Origin: a virus
Direction: 5' to 3' (one strand)
Virus record (IMG/VR): IMGVR_UViG_3300038309_000252
Coordinates: 1 to 64,000 of that record
DNA: 64,000 bases
A program made the position numbers and the translations under genes. The notes under the pieces were generated by a model that saw only the letters and a list, made by a program, of their open reading frames with translations, was not told where the DNA came from and did not search any database. Below are positions 20,463 to 30,672 of the stretch, piece after piece (positions within the stretch are counted from its first letter, which is position 1; the number at the start of each line of letters is the position of its first letter).

Positions 20463-22434
20463 TTTAGTAATAGTTGATCAATTAATTGATGGAACTATGA
20501 CTGGTCCACAATTAAATACCTATGTTCAAAACTCAGATCAATTAGCAATTATTGTATCTCTTCTTGATAGCTTTTCAATAAGAAAAAGATTACTTGATTC
20601 TACTACAGCAGTTAATACTTTATTATACCCTGTAAAAGTTGTCGATAGTATTTTTGATGCTCCTCATATCTATAGTGATTTTATTTCAAAATATCTAGAT
20701 TTATTAGTGAATAGTAATCAGTTAATTGCAAAAGTGATTGCATATTGTACAAAGTTAAATCATAGAAGTTATATAACTTACCAACAACTTTGTACTACTT
20801 CTTTACAAACAACTATCAGTCAATATCCATTGGCAATAAGATATAGAAATCTTTCAAATATAGCTCTTGCTAAAACTATAGCATTTCAAGCAGGACAAAA
20901 TGCAGCAAACTTTACTGATCTAGATCAATTGTTTGCTAACCAAACTGCTGTCAATGCAATTACAGGCAATTCAACAGCAATTTCTACTATTTGTTCTTTA
21001 GATTTAACTATTAATAAGTTTTTTGCTTCAAGTATTACAGTTCCAACTTTAGATACCAAAACTACACAATTAAATCAAGTATTAGCATTATCAAATGGGT
21101 GTACAAAGTATATTGCCAAGAAATCTGGAATTGATCATACATTATATAATAATCCTTCTGATCTAGTAAATACTGGATCAAATGCAACTACTATTGCTAG
21201 TTCTTCTGATGCTATTATAACTATTACGAAATTATTAAATAATTCATTCATTAATACATTTATTGGTAATTCTTTAATATCTCAAGCTATTAGTCAAAAT
21301 AGTACAGCATTAACTAATATTGCTTCTATGAAACAAATTACTCCATGGGAAGCATGGAAAACAAATGATACTATTATGACTGCTGTTGGAACAGATTCTA
21401 TAGCATCAGATGCTTTAGTAAAAAATATTAGTTATAATACTCATTCCCCTGATGTATCTATATGGGGGCATATTATTTCATCATCAAGTCTTATTTCAGC
21501 ATTAGCTAATAATTCAAATGCTTTAATTACATTATCATTACAAAATCAAAATGTATGGGTATGGCAAATTATTTGTAAATCAGTAGAATTATCAAGAGCA
21601 TTAGCTTATAACAATGCTGCTGTACATAATATTATCAATGAATCAAATGATGTAAACCATTGGATAGCAAGAAACTTTATTGATTTTGCTCCAGCAAGAA
21701 GTATTATTATGACAATGGATAATCCTTACATTTCTGATTGGTTTAGTTCAGAGTATGCACAAAAATATATTATTGCTGGTTCAAATGAAATACTAGATAT
21801 AATCTGCTCAAATCAAAATATGTATAATCTTGCTATAAGTATCCCATCATTTGCAAGAAATCTGTTAGGAAATTATTATTTCATTAATAATATTATTCCT
21901 AATTCACCTGCAGGTTCTAGTTATGTAAGAAACTGGTTTTTTAATAATCAATCAACAATTCAAGATGGTATAAATAATGGGTGGTTTAGACAAATGATGT
22001 TTGCATCAGATACTGTTCTGAATGCATTGACTAGCAGTTCTAATGCAGTAAACGCAGCTCGTAATTCAATTGCTTACAAAATTATATCGTGGGATGAACC
22101 ATCTACAACAGATGCAAATGGTAATACAATTCCTGCATCTTATAATTTTTCTTCACTCGTTTCATCAGATTGGAAAAAAGCACTAGTAATTGGATTATCT
22201 AGAAGTGAAGGTGGAATAGTATTTGGAAATGCAACTTTGACTATATCTACACCTCGTGATGGAACAAGTTATTCTAGTTCATATACAGTTAGTAGAAATA
22301 ATTCAAATGCATCTAATGCATCAACTGTAACAACTGCATTACCAATTATTAAACCATATTCTGCAATAAGTACTAGAGTTGGTGGAAAATGGTATATGGG
22401 ACTTTTAAGAGTAGATAGTAACTACGCTAGCTAA
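20449..22434 (+). CDS. Hypothetical protein with short helical repeats (tail-associated)
   Basis: Repeats of xxAIxxNSxA type (AITGNSTAI, AISQNSTAL, ALANNSNAL). Confidence 0.6.
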   Translation: MLQRDLVIVDQLIDGTMTGPQLNTYVQNSDQLAIIVSLLDSFSIRKRLLDSTTAVNTLLYPVKVVDSIFDAPHIYSDFISKYLDLLVNSNQLIAKVIAYCTKLNHRSYITYQQLCTTSLQTTISQYPLAIRYRNLSNIALAKTIAFQAGQNAANFTDLDQLFANQTAVNAITGNSTAISTICSLDLTINKFFASSITVPTLDTKTTQLNQVLALSNGCTKYIAKKSGIDHTLYNNPSDLVNTGSNATTIASSSDAIITITKLLNNSFINTFIGNSLISQAISQNSTALTNIASMKQITPWEAWKTNDTIMTAVGTDSIASDALVKNISYNTHSPDVSIWGHIISSSSLISALANNSNALITLSLQNQNVWVWQIICKSVELSRALAYNNAAVHNIINESNDVNHWIARNFIDFAPARSIIMTMDNPYISDWFSSEYAQKYIIAGSNEILDIICSNQNMYNLAISIPSFARNLLGNYYFINNIIPNSPAGSSYVRNWFFNNQSTIQDGINNGWFRQMMFASDTVLNALTSSSNAVNAARNSIAYKIISWDEPSTTDANGNTIPASYNFSSLVSSDWKKALVIGLSRSEGGIVFGNATLTISTPRDGTSYSSSYTVSRNNSNASNASTVTTALPIIKPYSAISTRVGGKWYMGLLRVDSNYAS

Positions 22435-22446
22435 AGGAATATTATC

Positions 22447-22728
22447 ATGGATTTAGAAACAGGGAAAAAGGTTGTTGACTTTTTATCTGAAGGTGGTTCA
22501 TCAGCAATTATTGCTATTTTGTTTGCTGTAATTCTTGCTCTAGTGTGGGATAGAAAAACACTTGTAAAATCTGTTGATACGACTACACAAAGAGTTTTTG
22601 AAGCAAAAGATAATGAATTGAAATCAATTAAAGAAATTATTGATAAGTACCATCAAGGTCATATGGATCTTATCCAAGCATTAAATGAAATTAGAGTTGT
22701 ATTATCTACTATTAAATCAGGAAATTAA
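22447..22728 (+). CDS. Single-TM membrane protein with coiled-coil tail (holin-like)
   Basis: Hydrophobic AIIAILFAVILALVW followed by a charged helical tail; SD AAGGA; at the end of the tail block. Confidence 0.55.
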   Translation: MDLETGKKVVDFLSEGGSSAIIAILFAVILALVWDRKTLVKSVDTTTQRVFEAKDNELKSIKEIIDKYHQGHMDLIQALNEIRVVLSTIKSGN

Positions 22729-22731
22729 GTT

Positions 22732-23634
22732 ATGTTCAAATGGTGGAAAGATTTATGGAAAAATCCTGATGTAATTAAATCTCCTATTATTACTGAAAAT
22801 GATGTATCATCTGAGTTAGTTAATAAAAGTTTTCAATTATTGCATCAAACAACTAAAAATGTTTCTGCAGTTGCTTCAGAAGCAGCAGAAGTCTTGCAAA
22901 AAAGATTTTCTACATTGGAAAGTAATTATAATTCCATTTTAGATAATACAGATGATGTTATTATTGTGAAAAATAAAGATTTAAAATGGACTTTAATCAA
23001 CAAAAGTGCCAAGAATATGCTTGGAGTACTACAAGATGATGTAATTGGTAAAACAAACAAAGAAATTGGTATTCTATATCCATATTTGGCGACATTGATG
23101 AGGCAGCACGATATTTTAGATAAAAAAGTATTAGATGAAAATAAGTCATTTAGAAATGAAGAATCTTTTGTTATAAATGGTAATACTTTTTCAATAGATG
23201 TAATTCGTACACCACAATGTAATGTATTAAAAAATCAACAAGAACTGATTTATGTTGGTAGAGATTTATCAAACATTGTTTTGTATTCAAAAAGAATACA
23301 AATCTGCTTCCAAGCATTAAACTTAGTAGACACACCAATTGCTATTGTAGAAAATAATTTAAATCTATTTTTTTGTAATACATCTTTCATGCAAACTTTA
23401 TCAATTGGTCCTGTAGAAAAGATTGCCAATAGACCTATTACTAATTTTTTAAAACTTGATGATATATCTAATGCATTAAAGTCTGCAACTATTAACAAGA
23501 TATTTACAACAAATCTTGGTGATTTAAATAAAAAGCTAACTATTGTGCCAATGTGTAATATAAATATCCCATATTATTTCATTTTCAAAATAGATCCTAT
23601 GTCCTCATTTTCATTAAAAGCAAGAATCCCATAG
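22732..23634 (+). CDS. Tandem PAS-domain protein with no output domain
   Basis: SILDNTDDVIIVKNKDLKWTLINKSAKNMLG..DVIGKT..VGRDL is a PAS fold; second PAS start ALNLVDTPIAIVENN..FCNTSF. Confidence 0.75.
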   Translation: MFKWWKDLWKNPDVIKSPIITENDVSSELVNKSFQLLHQTTKNVSAVASEAAEVLQKRFSTLESNYNSILDNTDDVIIVKNKDLKWTLINKSAKNMLGVLQDDVIGKTNKEIGILYPYLATLMRQHDILDKKVLDENKSFRNEESFVINGNTFSIDVIRTPQCNVLKNQQELIYVGRDLSNIVLYSKRIQICFQALNLVDTPIAIVENNLNLFFCNTSFMQTLSIGPVEKIANRPITNFLKLDDISNALKSATINKIFTTNLGDLNKKLTIVPMCNINIPYYFIFKIDPMSSFSLKARIP

Positions 23635-23667
23635 TTGTGTAGTTCACTATTTCAAAACTAATAAAAT

Positions 23668-23674
23668 CTAAATA
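23668..23674 (+). promoter_or_regulatory. Probable late promoter (CTAAATA)
   Basis: Intergenic, just before the SD (GGAG) of 23687. Confidence 0.55.
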
Positions 23675-23686
23675 ATTGGAGTGGTT

Positions 23687-23881
23687 ATGAATCAAGTAGA
23701 AACAAATAAAGGTTTAATTGATAGAGATCAATTAACAACTGAAGATTTGGTGCATGAAACATCAGATGCTCGTGTAATCCAAACTGTCTGGAAAGATGTT
23801 AATACAAATGAAGAAGTACGTCGTGATGTTACAATTTCAATTTTACGTGGTCTAGACCTCGAAAAGACTCAAGGAGCATAA
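23687..23881 (+). CDS. Small hypothetical protein
   Basis: ATG at 23687 with SD GGAG; 64 aa. Confidence 0.65.
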   Translation: MNQVETNKGLIDRDQLTTEDLVHETSDARVIQTVWKDVNTNEEVRRDVTISILRGLDLEKTQGA

Positions 23882-23887
23882 AAAACA

Positions 23888-24313
23888 ATGGCTAATACTA
23901 CTGCAATTGCAAGTTCTTTTAAGAAAGAACTAATGCAAGGTGTTCACAATCTAGAAACTAATACTGTAAAAGCTGCTTTATATCTAGCTTCTGCAACTAT
24001 TGGTGCTGCAACAACTGTTTATGTTACAACTGGTGAAGTAACCGGTTCAGGGTATACTGCTGGTGGTATTACTACTGCTGCTGGTACTGTTGGACTAACA
24101 GGAACAACTGCATTCTGGCAACCTGGTGCTGCTTTATCTTTTGGAACTGTAACATTATCAACTGCTTTTGACTGTGTCCTTCTTTATAATAGTACTCAAA
24201 CTAATAAGGCAATTGCATCTTGGAACTTTGGTTCTACTACCATTAACAATGGTACTTTTACCATTAACCTTCCAACTAATGATGCAACTAATGCTTTAAT
24301 TCGTTTGAGTTAA
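23888..24313 (+). CDS. Abundant small structural subunit (Thr/Ala/Gly-rich)
   Basis: SFKKELMQGVHNL..KAALY..EVTGSGYTAGG..NGTFTI..ALIRL; strong SD AAGGAG; followed by a terminator. Confidence 0.75.
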   Translation: MANTTAIASSFKKELMQGVHNLETNTVKAALYLASATIGAATTVYVTTGEVTGSGYTAGGITTAAGTVGLTGTTAFWQPGAALSFGTVTLSTAFDCVLLYNSTQTNKAIASWNFGSTTINNGTFTINLPTNDATNALIRLS

Positions 24314-24333
24314 AATAATTAATATTACTAATG

Positions 24334-24365
24334 AAAAAGACGCATTCGTGCGTCTTTTTTTTTTT
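24334..24365 (+). terminator. Rho-independent terminator with UUCG loop
   Basis: AAAAAGACGCA-TTCG-TGCGTCTTTTT followed by a T run. Confidence 0.9.
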
Positions 24366-24375
24366 AGGGGATCCA

Positions 24376-25200
24376 ATGTTTCATAATAGACCACCAGAAG
24401 TTGGAAGATCAGTAACAAATAGTTCTGTTGCTAATAACTGGGGTACAGATATTACATCAGGAACAGCAAATGCTTATGGTTCATGGATTCAAATCCATGC
24501 TGGATTCCCATATGATGTATACCAAGTTTATATTGCAATGGGAAAGAATTATGTAGCTGCAGCTAACAGAAATTCATATATTGATATTGGTTATGGACCA
24601 AATAATACAACAGTTCAAATAGTAATTCCTAAATTATGTGGTTCCAATTCTGGTGGAATTGATATGGGATATCGTTATTATGTTTTACCAATGTATTTAC
24701 CAAAAAATACACCAATTTGGGCAAGGCATCAATGTACTACAGCATCTACAGTTATAAATGTAAATATTACTGCATTATGTGGTGAATATATTCCTTACAT
24801 GCCTAAAATTAAATATTATAATCCATTAGGAACACTTGGAACTACTCTTGGTGTGGCAATAGTACCTGGAAATAATACAGAAGGTGCATGGACAGAAATG
24901 ATTGCTTCAACACCTAGAAACTATGTTGGAATGTTAATTACAGGATTATTTGCTGTTGATACTACAATGACTGCGGTTTCATATACTGGTGATGTTGGTA
25001 TTGGTCCATCAGGTTCTGAACAAGTAATTATTGAAAACGGATTTGTTACAACACATGGAACTAATGAAACTGCTTGTGGAATAGCTATAGCTTATTATGT
25101 TGATGTAAAAGCTAATAGTAGAATAGTTGCAAGAGTTTCTTGTAGTGGAACTCCAGATAGCTCATTATCAACTATTGTTTACGGAATGGAAACAATGTAA
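24376..25200 (+). CDS. Cassette 1 protein A (two-domain beta protein)
   Basis: Start moved to ATG 24376 (SD AGGGG, after the terminator). AYGSW..YIDIGYGP..PIWAR and GDVGIGPSG motifs are shared with three paralogues. Confidence 0.75.
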   Translation: MFHNRPPEVGRSVTNSSVANNWGTDITSGTANAYGSWIQIHAGFPYDVYQVYIAMGKNYVAAANRNSYIDIGYGPNNTTVQIVIPKLCGSNSGGIDMGYRYYVLPMYLPKNTPIWARHQCTTASTVINVNITALCGEYIPYMPKIKYYNPLGTLGTTLGVAIVPGNNTEGAWTEMIASTPRNYVGMLITGLFAVDTTMTAVSYTGDVGIGPSGSEQVIIENGFVTTHGTNETACGIAIAYYVDVKANSRIVARVSCSGTPDSSLSTIVYGMETM

Positions 25201-26036
25201 TGCTTCATATTCCAGCAAATCAATATGGAAGAATTGTAACTAGTGGATCATCACTTAATAATTGGGGTCCAACAGTAATTTCTGGACCACAAAATCAATA
25301 TGGTGATTGGATTCAGACTAATCCAGGTTTACCATATGAATCATCATCATTGTTCATTGCTATAGGAACATTATTTTCTTCCGGAAATAGACGTGCTGCA
25401 TATATTGATTTTGCTTATGGACCAGATTCAAGTAATTTGACAGTTGTACTTCCATATTTAAATGGAACTAATTCTGGTGGAATGACCAATGGATGTATAT
25501 TCTATTATTTGCCATTGTGTATACCTCCAAATCAACCATTATGGTCTAGACATCAGAATTATAAATCTAGTGGAAGTACTCCTGTTGTTATTCATACAAC
25601 AATGCAATGTGGCAGAACCATGCCATATTATCCAAGAGTTTATAGGTATGAACCTTTAAGTTCATTGGATACCTCTACTACAACAGCAACACTTATAACA
25701 CCTGGAACATCTGGAGAAGGAGCATGGACAGAAATGATTGCTTCAACACCTAAAAAATATATTGGTACATTGTTAGCAGGATTATATACATTTAATAATA
25801 ACTTAAATGCTGCAGCATATACCGGTGATGTTGGTATTGGTCCATCAGGTTCAGAACAAGTTTTAGTAGAAAACTCATTTTCAATGACACAACAAACAAC
25901 AGAAACATCTCAAGGATTTACCACAGCATTTTATAATGATATTCCTGCTGGTTCTAGACTTTCAGCAAGGGTTTCATGTAGTGCTACACCTTCTAATAAT
26001 GTTTCTGTTTTACTTTATGGAATGATTGGAGGATAG
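25200..26036 (+). CDS. Cassette 1 protein A' (paralogue of A)
   Basis: QYGDW..YIDFAYGP..PLWSRH, EGAWTEMIASTP and GDVGIGPSGSEQV motifs. Confidence 0.75.
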   Translation: MLHIPANQYGRIVTSGSSLNNWGPTVISGPQNQYGDWIQTNPGLPYESSSLFIAIGTLFSSGNRRAAYIDFAYGPDSSNLTVVLPYLNGTNSGGMTNGCIFYYLPLCIPPNQPLWSRHQNYKSSGSTPVVIHTTMQCGRTMPYYPRVYRYEPLSSLDTSTTTATLITPGTSGEGAWTEMIASTPKKYIGTLLAGLYTFNNNLNAAAYTGDVGIGPSGSEQVLVENSFSMTQQTTETSQGFTTAFYNDIPAGSRLSARVSCSATPSNNVSVLLYGMIGG

Positions 26037-26038
26037 TA

Positions 26039-26377
26039 ATGTCAATTTTAATTCAATCTGATGGGCAATATACAGCAGGAACACCACCAGAAGCAGCATT
26101 TACAGTTCTTGGTGGTAATTCTATTGCTGGTGTTTATCAATATTTTATTAATTGTGTAAATATGGCATTGGGCGATGAAATACAAATCCAAGTACTTGAA
26201 AAGTCTCGTGCTGCTGATGCTCCTCAAATCATTTATGAAGCAGTTGTTTCTGGACCACAAAATCAACCATTATGGGTAAGTCCATGTGTTGTAATGTTTC
26301 ATGGATGGTCATTACAAATGAGGCAAACATTAGGTACAGCACGTTCTTTTCCATGGTCAATTCGCATTGTTTCTTAA
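26039..26377 (+). CDS. Cassette 1 protein B
   Basis: GVYQYF..LEK..VVSGPQNQPLWVSP..HGW..WSIR; paralogue of 30673-31023. Confidence 0.75.
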   Translation: MSILIQSDGQYTAGTPPEAAFTVLGGNSIAGVYQYFINCVNMALGDEIQIQVLEKSRAADAPQIIYEAVVSGPQNQPLWVSPCVVMFHGWSLQMRQTLGTARSFPWSIRIVS

Positions 26378-26396
26378 TCATCAAAGAAGTTAATTA

Positions 26397-28964
26397 ATGT
26401 GGGGATATTCACCAGCTCTTATTACTACTGCAGTACTTGGTTCTCCAATATCAGTTACATTAACTAGTCAATTAATTCAAGGAAATCAAAAATCACCATA
26501 TATTGCTTTAGGACCAAAATTAACAGGTACTTCTTCATCTGTTATTAATGGCATAGCAAAATCTGGCATTCAAGAAAATCTAATATCTGTTTCAGGTATT
26601 TCTTCTTCTAATATAACTGTTTTAACAGAAATATGTAGCGTAAAATTAACTGGGCAATCTACTTCAAGTGATAAAGCACCAATCTATATTATAAATGAAG
26701 AATTACTTCCATCAAAATCGTTTACTGTTCTTTATCCAACATCAGTTAATAATAAAACAGAATATTCATATCCTCAATATGATGTAATATCATCATTTCA
26801 AAATTCTGATGTTGAAATATCATGGTCTAGAACAACAAGTATTACAAAACAAACAATTACTTCTGCAATACAGTTATTATCTCCAAATGAGTATACTCAA
26901 TATCAACTTGTTGGTAGACAAATTGCAAGTAATCAAGGGATTCTAAAAAATAAAACTGATGTAGTTTTATCTTCTTTATTATCTTTATCCCTGTATCAAG
27001 AAGATTTAGTTTCTAAAGAATCAGAAGGAATCAAACCTTCTTCACAACTATTTCAATTTACACAAGGAATTGTTACTTTATCAGCATCTGGAAGTACATC
27101 TATTTCCTCTGTAATTGCAAATGTAATTCAAAATGCAGTAATTCCTTCTAGCATTCAAAAAATTACAAGTTATAGTGGAGTTTCTTTAAATCAAGGAATT
27201 ATTTTAGAATGGGTTCAGAAATATTTAACAACTAAAATCATCACCTCTATTTCTGGATCAATTCTGCCATGGATTTCATCATTACAGATGATGTCAATGC
27301 AGCAGCAATTGTTATCATCTATCAAAACTCCAAGTAGTTTTATAAGTCAATTATTTTCTGGATTATCCATTACAGCAATTTCAAATGATATATTGCCAGA
27401 TAATAAATTATCACTTGATAGTATTACTCAATATATCGATATTAATAATATTATAGGTAATCTATCCAATAATATTAATGGTCGACAAGTAAGCAGTTTT
27501 ATTTCACCTAGTCCAAGAAGTACTATTACCCAGTTATTAACAAAGCAATTTCTTGATATTTCCTTGCCATATATTGATTATAAATTAGGAATTACTTTAG
27601 ATTTAATTGAAGCTGTAATAGACCAACAAAAATCTATTGATTATTATAATTCAGGTATTATTGATCTTCTAGTTAATAATCCTATTAATTCATCTATTGC
27701 TTTTTATGGTTATGCTTCACAAATATCACCAATTTTGAATGCAAAGCAGATCATTGCAAATCAAAATGATTTAGAAAGCAATCTATGGGTTGATTTATTA
27801 CAGCAAGAACTTAATCAAGATCTTCAAGACATAGATTTATCTTTTTATTATCGGTTGAAATCCTTATCTTTTAATGGTTATTATCATGATGTTATTCCAA
27901 GTCAGTATTTTGATGCTTTAAGTCAGTCAATTAATAGTGATTATGGAATTGATTTATTGCCACGTATATTCCAGAATATGGACAATCAAACAATTGATTC
28001 CAGATATGGTGATATCAATTTTCTATTTTCACATACATTAATAACGCAATTACTTTATTCTAAACAAGACAGAGTATTACAAAGAATTAGAGAAGGGTTA
28101 GATAACCTTTTCTTTGGTCCTACTCAAGGACTATTGAGTAGCAATATTGAAGAAAAGGTAACAAAACCAAATACATTTATTATATCACAAAAAGAACAAT
28201 TGCCGCCACCAGCATCAAAAGTACGTTTATTGAATACAACTTTATATGGATTGAATGGCAATTTCAAATCTAATAATAGATATACATTATCCTCACAGAA
28301 TACCTATTCAATATTAAGTCCTATAATTGGAAACAATTATTATTCATATGGTAAGTTTTTATTTGATCAAGAGATTAAGTCTATTCAAAATGATATTAAA
28401 CCGAAGTTAAGTTCATTGATTGGATTTCAGAAAATCCATTCTAAATCTAATTTTATAACAACAGAAATTGAATTAAGAGCAATTTCTTCACAATTAGCTT
28501 CTTTATTTCAAGGCAATTTAATTGAAAATTATCTTAAGAATCTTAGAAGTTTAGTAATAGATTCAATTGCCAATTCATTATTACCATATTATTCATTACC
28601 AATAGAATCACAGAATATTTCTAGTTCTTTATATGATTTGCAAGAAGTGCAATTATATCAACAGTTACCAAGAATAAACTTTATTATAAAACAAAATCCA
28701 TTAATTATGGATCATAGTTTATTGCTTAACAATATATCTATTTTAACTAATCAAAATGATATTCTTAATCAGATATATCAAAGCATCATAAGTCAAAATA
28801 TAAATATTGATAATCAACAATTACCCGATTTCAATATATTACTTGCAGGTTTATTCAATAATTTTGATATATCTGATGTATTTCCAAGAATTATATTGCC
28901 ATATGATTTAGCATATGCTCATGTAATTTTTGAACCATTAATTAACAGTGTAATTGAGGAATAA
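26397..28964 (+). CDS. Cassette 1 protein C (long, S/Q/I/L-rich, periodic)
   Basis: Starts MWGYSP; roughly 20-residue periodicity; paralogue of 31031-33298. Confidence 0.7.
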   Translation: MWGYSPALITTAVLGSPISVTLTSQLIQGNQKSPYIALGPKLTGTSSSVINGIAKSGIQENLISVSGISSSNITVLTEICSVKLTGQSTSSDKAPIYIINEELLPSKSFTVLYPTSVNNKTEYSYPQYDVISSFQNSDVEISWSRTTSITKQTITSAIQLLSPNEYTQYQLVGRQIASNQGILKNKTDVVLSSLLSLSLYQEDLVSKESEGIKPSSQLFQFTQGIVTLSASGSTSISSVIANVIQNAVIPSSIQKITSYSGVSLNQGIILEWVQKYLTTKIITSISGSILPWISSLQMMSMQQQLLSSIKTPSSFISQLFSGLSITAISNDILPDNKLSLDSITQYIDINNIIGNLSNNINGRQVSSFISPSPRSTITQLLTKQFLDISLPYIDYKLGITLDLIEAVIDQQKSIDYYNSGIIDLLVNNPINSSIAFYGYASQISPILNAKQIIANQNDLESNLWVDLLQQELNQDLQDIDLSFYYRLKSLSFNGYYHDVIPSQYFDALSQSINSDYGIDLLPRIFQNMDNQTIDSRYGDINFLFSHTLITQLLYSKQDRVLQRIREGLDNLFFGPTQGLLSSNIEEKVTKPNTFIISQKEQLPPPASKVRLLNTTLYGLNGNFKSNNRYTLSSQNTYSILSPIIGNNYYSYGKFLFDQEIKSIQNDIKPKLSSLIGFQKIHSKSNFITTEIELRAISSQLASLFQGNLIENYLKNLRSLVIDSIANSLLPYYSLPIESQNISSSLYDLQEVQLYQQLPRINFIIKQNPLIMDHSLLLNNISILTNQNDILNQIYQSIISQNINIDNQQLPDFNILLAGLFNNFDISDVFPRIILPYDLAYAHVIFEPLINSVIEE

Positions 28965-28968
28965 TTTA

Positions 28969-29820
28969 ATGCTTTATGGACCAACACCATTTGTCAGTAA
29001 CATTGTAAGTAATGGTCAAACAGCTCAAACAGCTTATAAGCTGTTTACTACATTAACTAGTTCATCTACTGCCAATCAATATGGTGATTGGACACAAGTT
29101 TTTTCTGGATTGCCTGATGATGCTTATATGATAAGAGTATTTTCTGGTGCAAATTGGGGGTATGGTCAATCCAGACGTTCTTATATTGATATTGGATATG
29201 GACCAGATGTAGATCATATTACAACAGTTATTCCATATCTTAATGCCTCATATTCAGGAGGATATGATTTTGGATATATTAAACATATTTTACCTTTATA
29301 TATTCCAAAAAATATACCTATTTGGGCAAGAATGCAGCATAATTATGCTAATGTATCATTTGGCATTAATATTACAGCACATTGTGGAGAATATTTGCCA
29401 TTTCAACCTAAAATAACCAAATATACTCCATTAGGATCATTTAATACATCATCAACTGTTGGAGTTCCATTACCTGCAGTAACAACAGGTGGTAGTAATT
29501 GTCCATGGACTATTATTGATACAACAAATAGAGATTTTTGTGGTCTTTTAATGTCAGGGTTTTATTCAACAGATACATCATTAGATAATAATACTTATTG
29601 GGGTGATATTGGAATTGGTCCAAGTGGTAATATTCAAATTGCTGGAAATAATTGTTTAACATGGACCTCTAATACAACAGAACAAGCATTATCAGTATCT
29701 TTTGCTACTTTTATGTCAATAAAATCTGGAACACAAATCTGGGCAAGATACGGTATGGCAAATAATAGGACAGGAAATTATGGATTTACAACAATTGTAT
29801 ATGGATTGGAAAAACTCTAA
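28969..29820 (+). CDS. Cassette 2 protein A
   Basis: ATG 28969 with SD GAGGA; QYGDW..SYIDIGYGP..PIWAR and GDIGIGPSG motifs. Confidence 0.75.
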   Translation: MLYGPTPFVSNIVSNGQTAQTAYKLFTTLTSSSTANQYGDWTQVFSGLPDDAYMIRVFSGANWGYGQSRRSYIDIGYGPDVDHITTVIPYLNASYSGGYDFGYIKHILPLYIPKNIPIWARMQHNYANVSFGINITAHCGEYLPFQPKITKYTPLGSFNTSSTVGVPLPAVTTGGSNCPWTIIDTTNRDFCGLLMSGFYSTDTSLDNNTYWGDIGIGPSGNIQIAGNNCLTWTSNTTEQALSVSFATFMSIKSGTQIWARYGMANNRTGNYGFTTIVYGLEKL

Positions 29821-30668
29821 TGTTTTATACAAATAGTAATCCACAAGGAAATATCAATGTATATTCTGTTAACCCAACATGGTGGGGAGTAAATGCTATA
29901 TCTGGAACACCTGCATATACCTATGGTTCGTGGGTTAAATTATCTAATGGATATAATTATGATATTAATTTTGCTAATATAATGATAGGTGGTGTCTGGA
30001 CATCTGGAGGAATTAGAACAGGATTTATTGATATAGCATATGGTCCAGATGAAAATAATTTGAATATAATTATTCCATATCTTAATATTTGTAAATCTGG
30101 TGGAACTTTACGTAGTCCATTGCAATATTTACTGCCAATGTATGTTCCAAAAAATACTCCAATTTGGGCAAGACATGCAAATGCGTATGGTGGATTAAAT
30201 TGTGCAATTTATATATCTACAAATATTGGATTAATGTATCCTTATGCTCCACAAGTTTTATATTATGAACCATTAGGTGTTGAAAATCTTGGATTATCAA
30301 ATTGTACTGGTATTTCTGTGCCAAATCCATCAACTAATGATCAAGGATTATGGGTAGAAATGACAGCATCAACAACAAAAAACTATATTGGATTAATGAT
30401 GTGTGGTCCTATAACAGATTCAAATAACATTCCTGGTTATGGAACATTAATAACAGGAGATATTGGAATTGGACCAGTAGGTCAAGAAACTTTAATATAT
30501 CCATTTGCAATACAAGCAGTTGTTACAAGTGATGAGGCAACAAATGGGTATTCAATTCCAGAGTTTATTAGTATTCCAAAAAATACAAGAGTAGTTGCTA
30601 GAATATCATCATATGCTAGCTGTGATGTTCCATGCTCTGTAATTGTTTATGGTTTAGTAGGAGTCTGA
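29820..30668 (+). CDS. Cassette 2 protein A'
   Basis: YGSW..FIDIAYGP..PIWARH, WVEMTASTTKNYIG and GDIGIGP motifs. Confidence 0.75.
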   Translation: MFYTNSNPQGNINVYSVNPTWWGVNAISGTPAYTYGSWVKLSNGYNYDINFANIMIGGVWTSGGIRTGFIDIAYGPDENNLNIIIPYLNICKSGGTLRSPLQYLLPMYVPKNTPIWARHANAYGGLNCAIYISTNIGLMYPYAPQVLYYEPLGVENLGLSNCTGISVPNPSTNDQGLWVEMTASTTKNYIGLMMCGPITDSNNIPGYGTLITGDIGIGPVGQETLIYPFAIQAVVTSDEATNGYSIPEFISIPKNTRVVARISSYASCDVPCSVIVYGLVGV

Positions 30669-30672
30669 TATT

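Noticed and set aside
24331-24375. N-terminal extension of the 24331 ORF
   Set aside because: It runs through the terminator hairpin and T tract; ATG 24376 has a proper SD.
24376-30668. Diversity-generating retroelement acting on the tip paralogues
   Set aside because: No reverse transcriptase in the window and no long template/variable repeat pair differing only at adenines.
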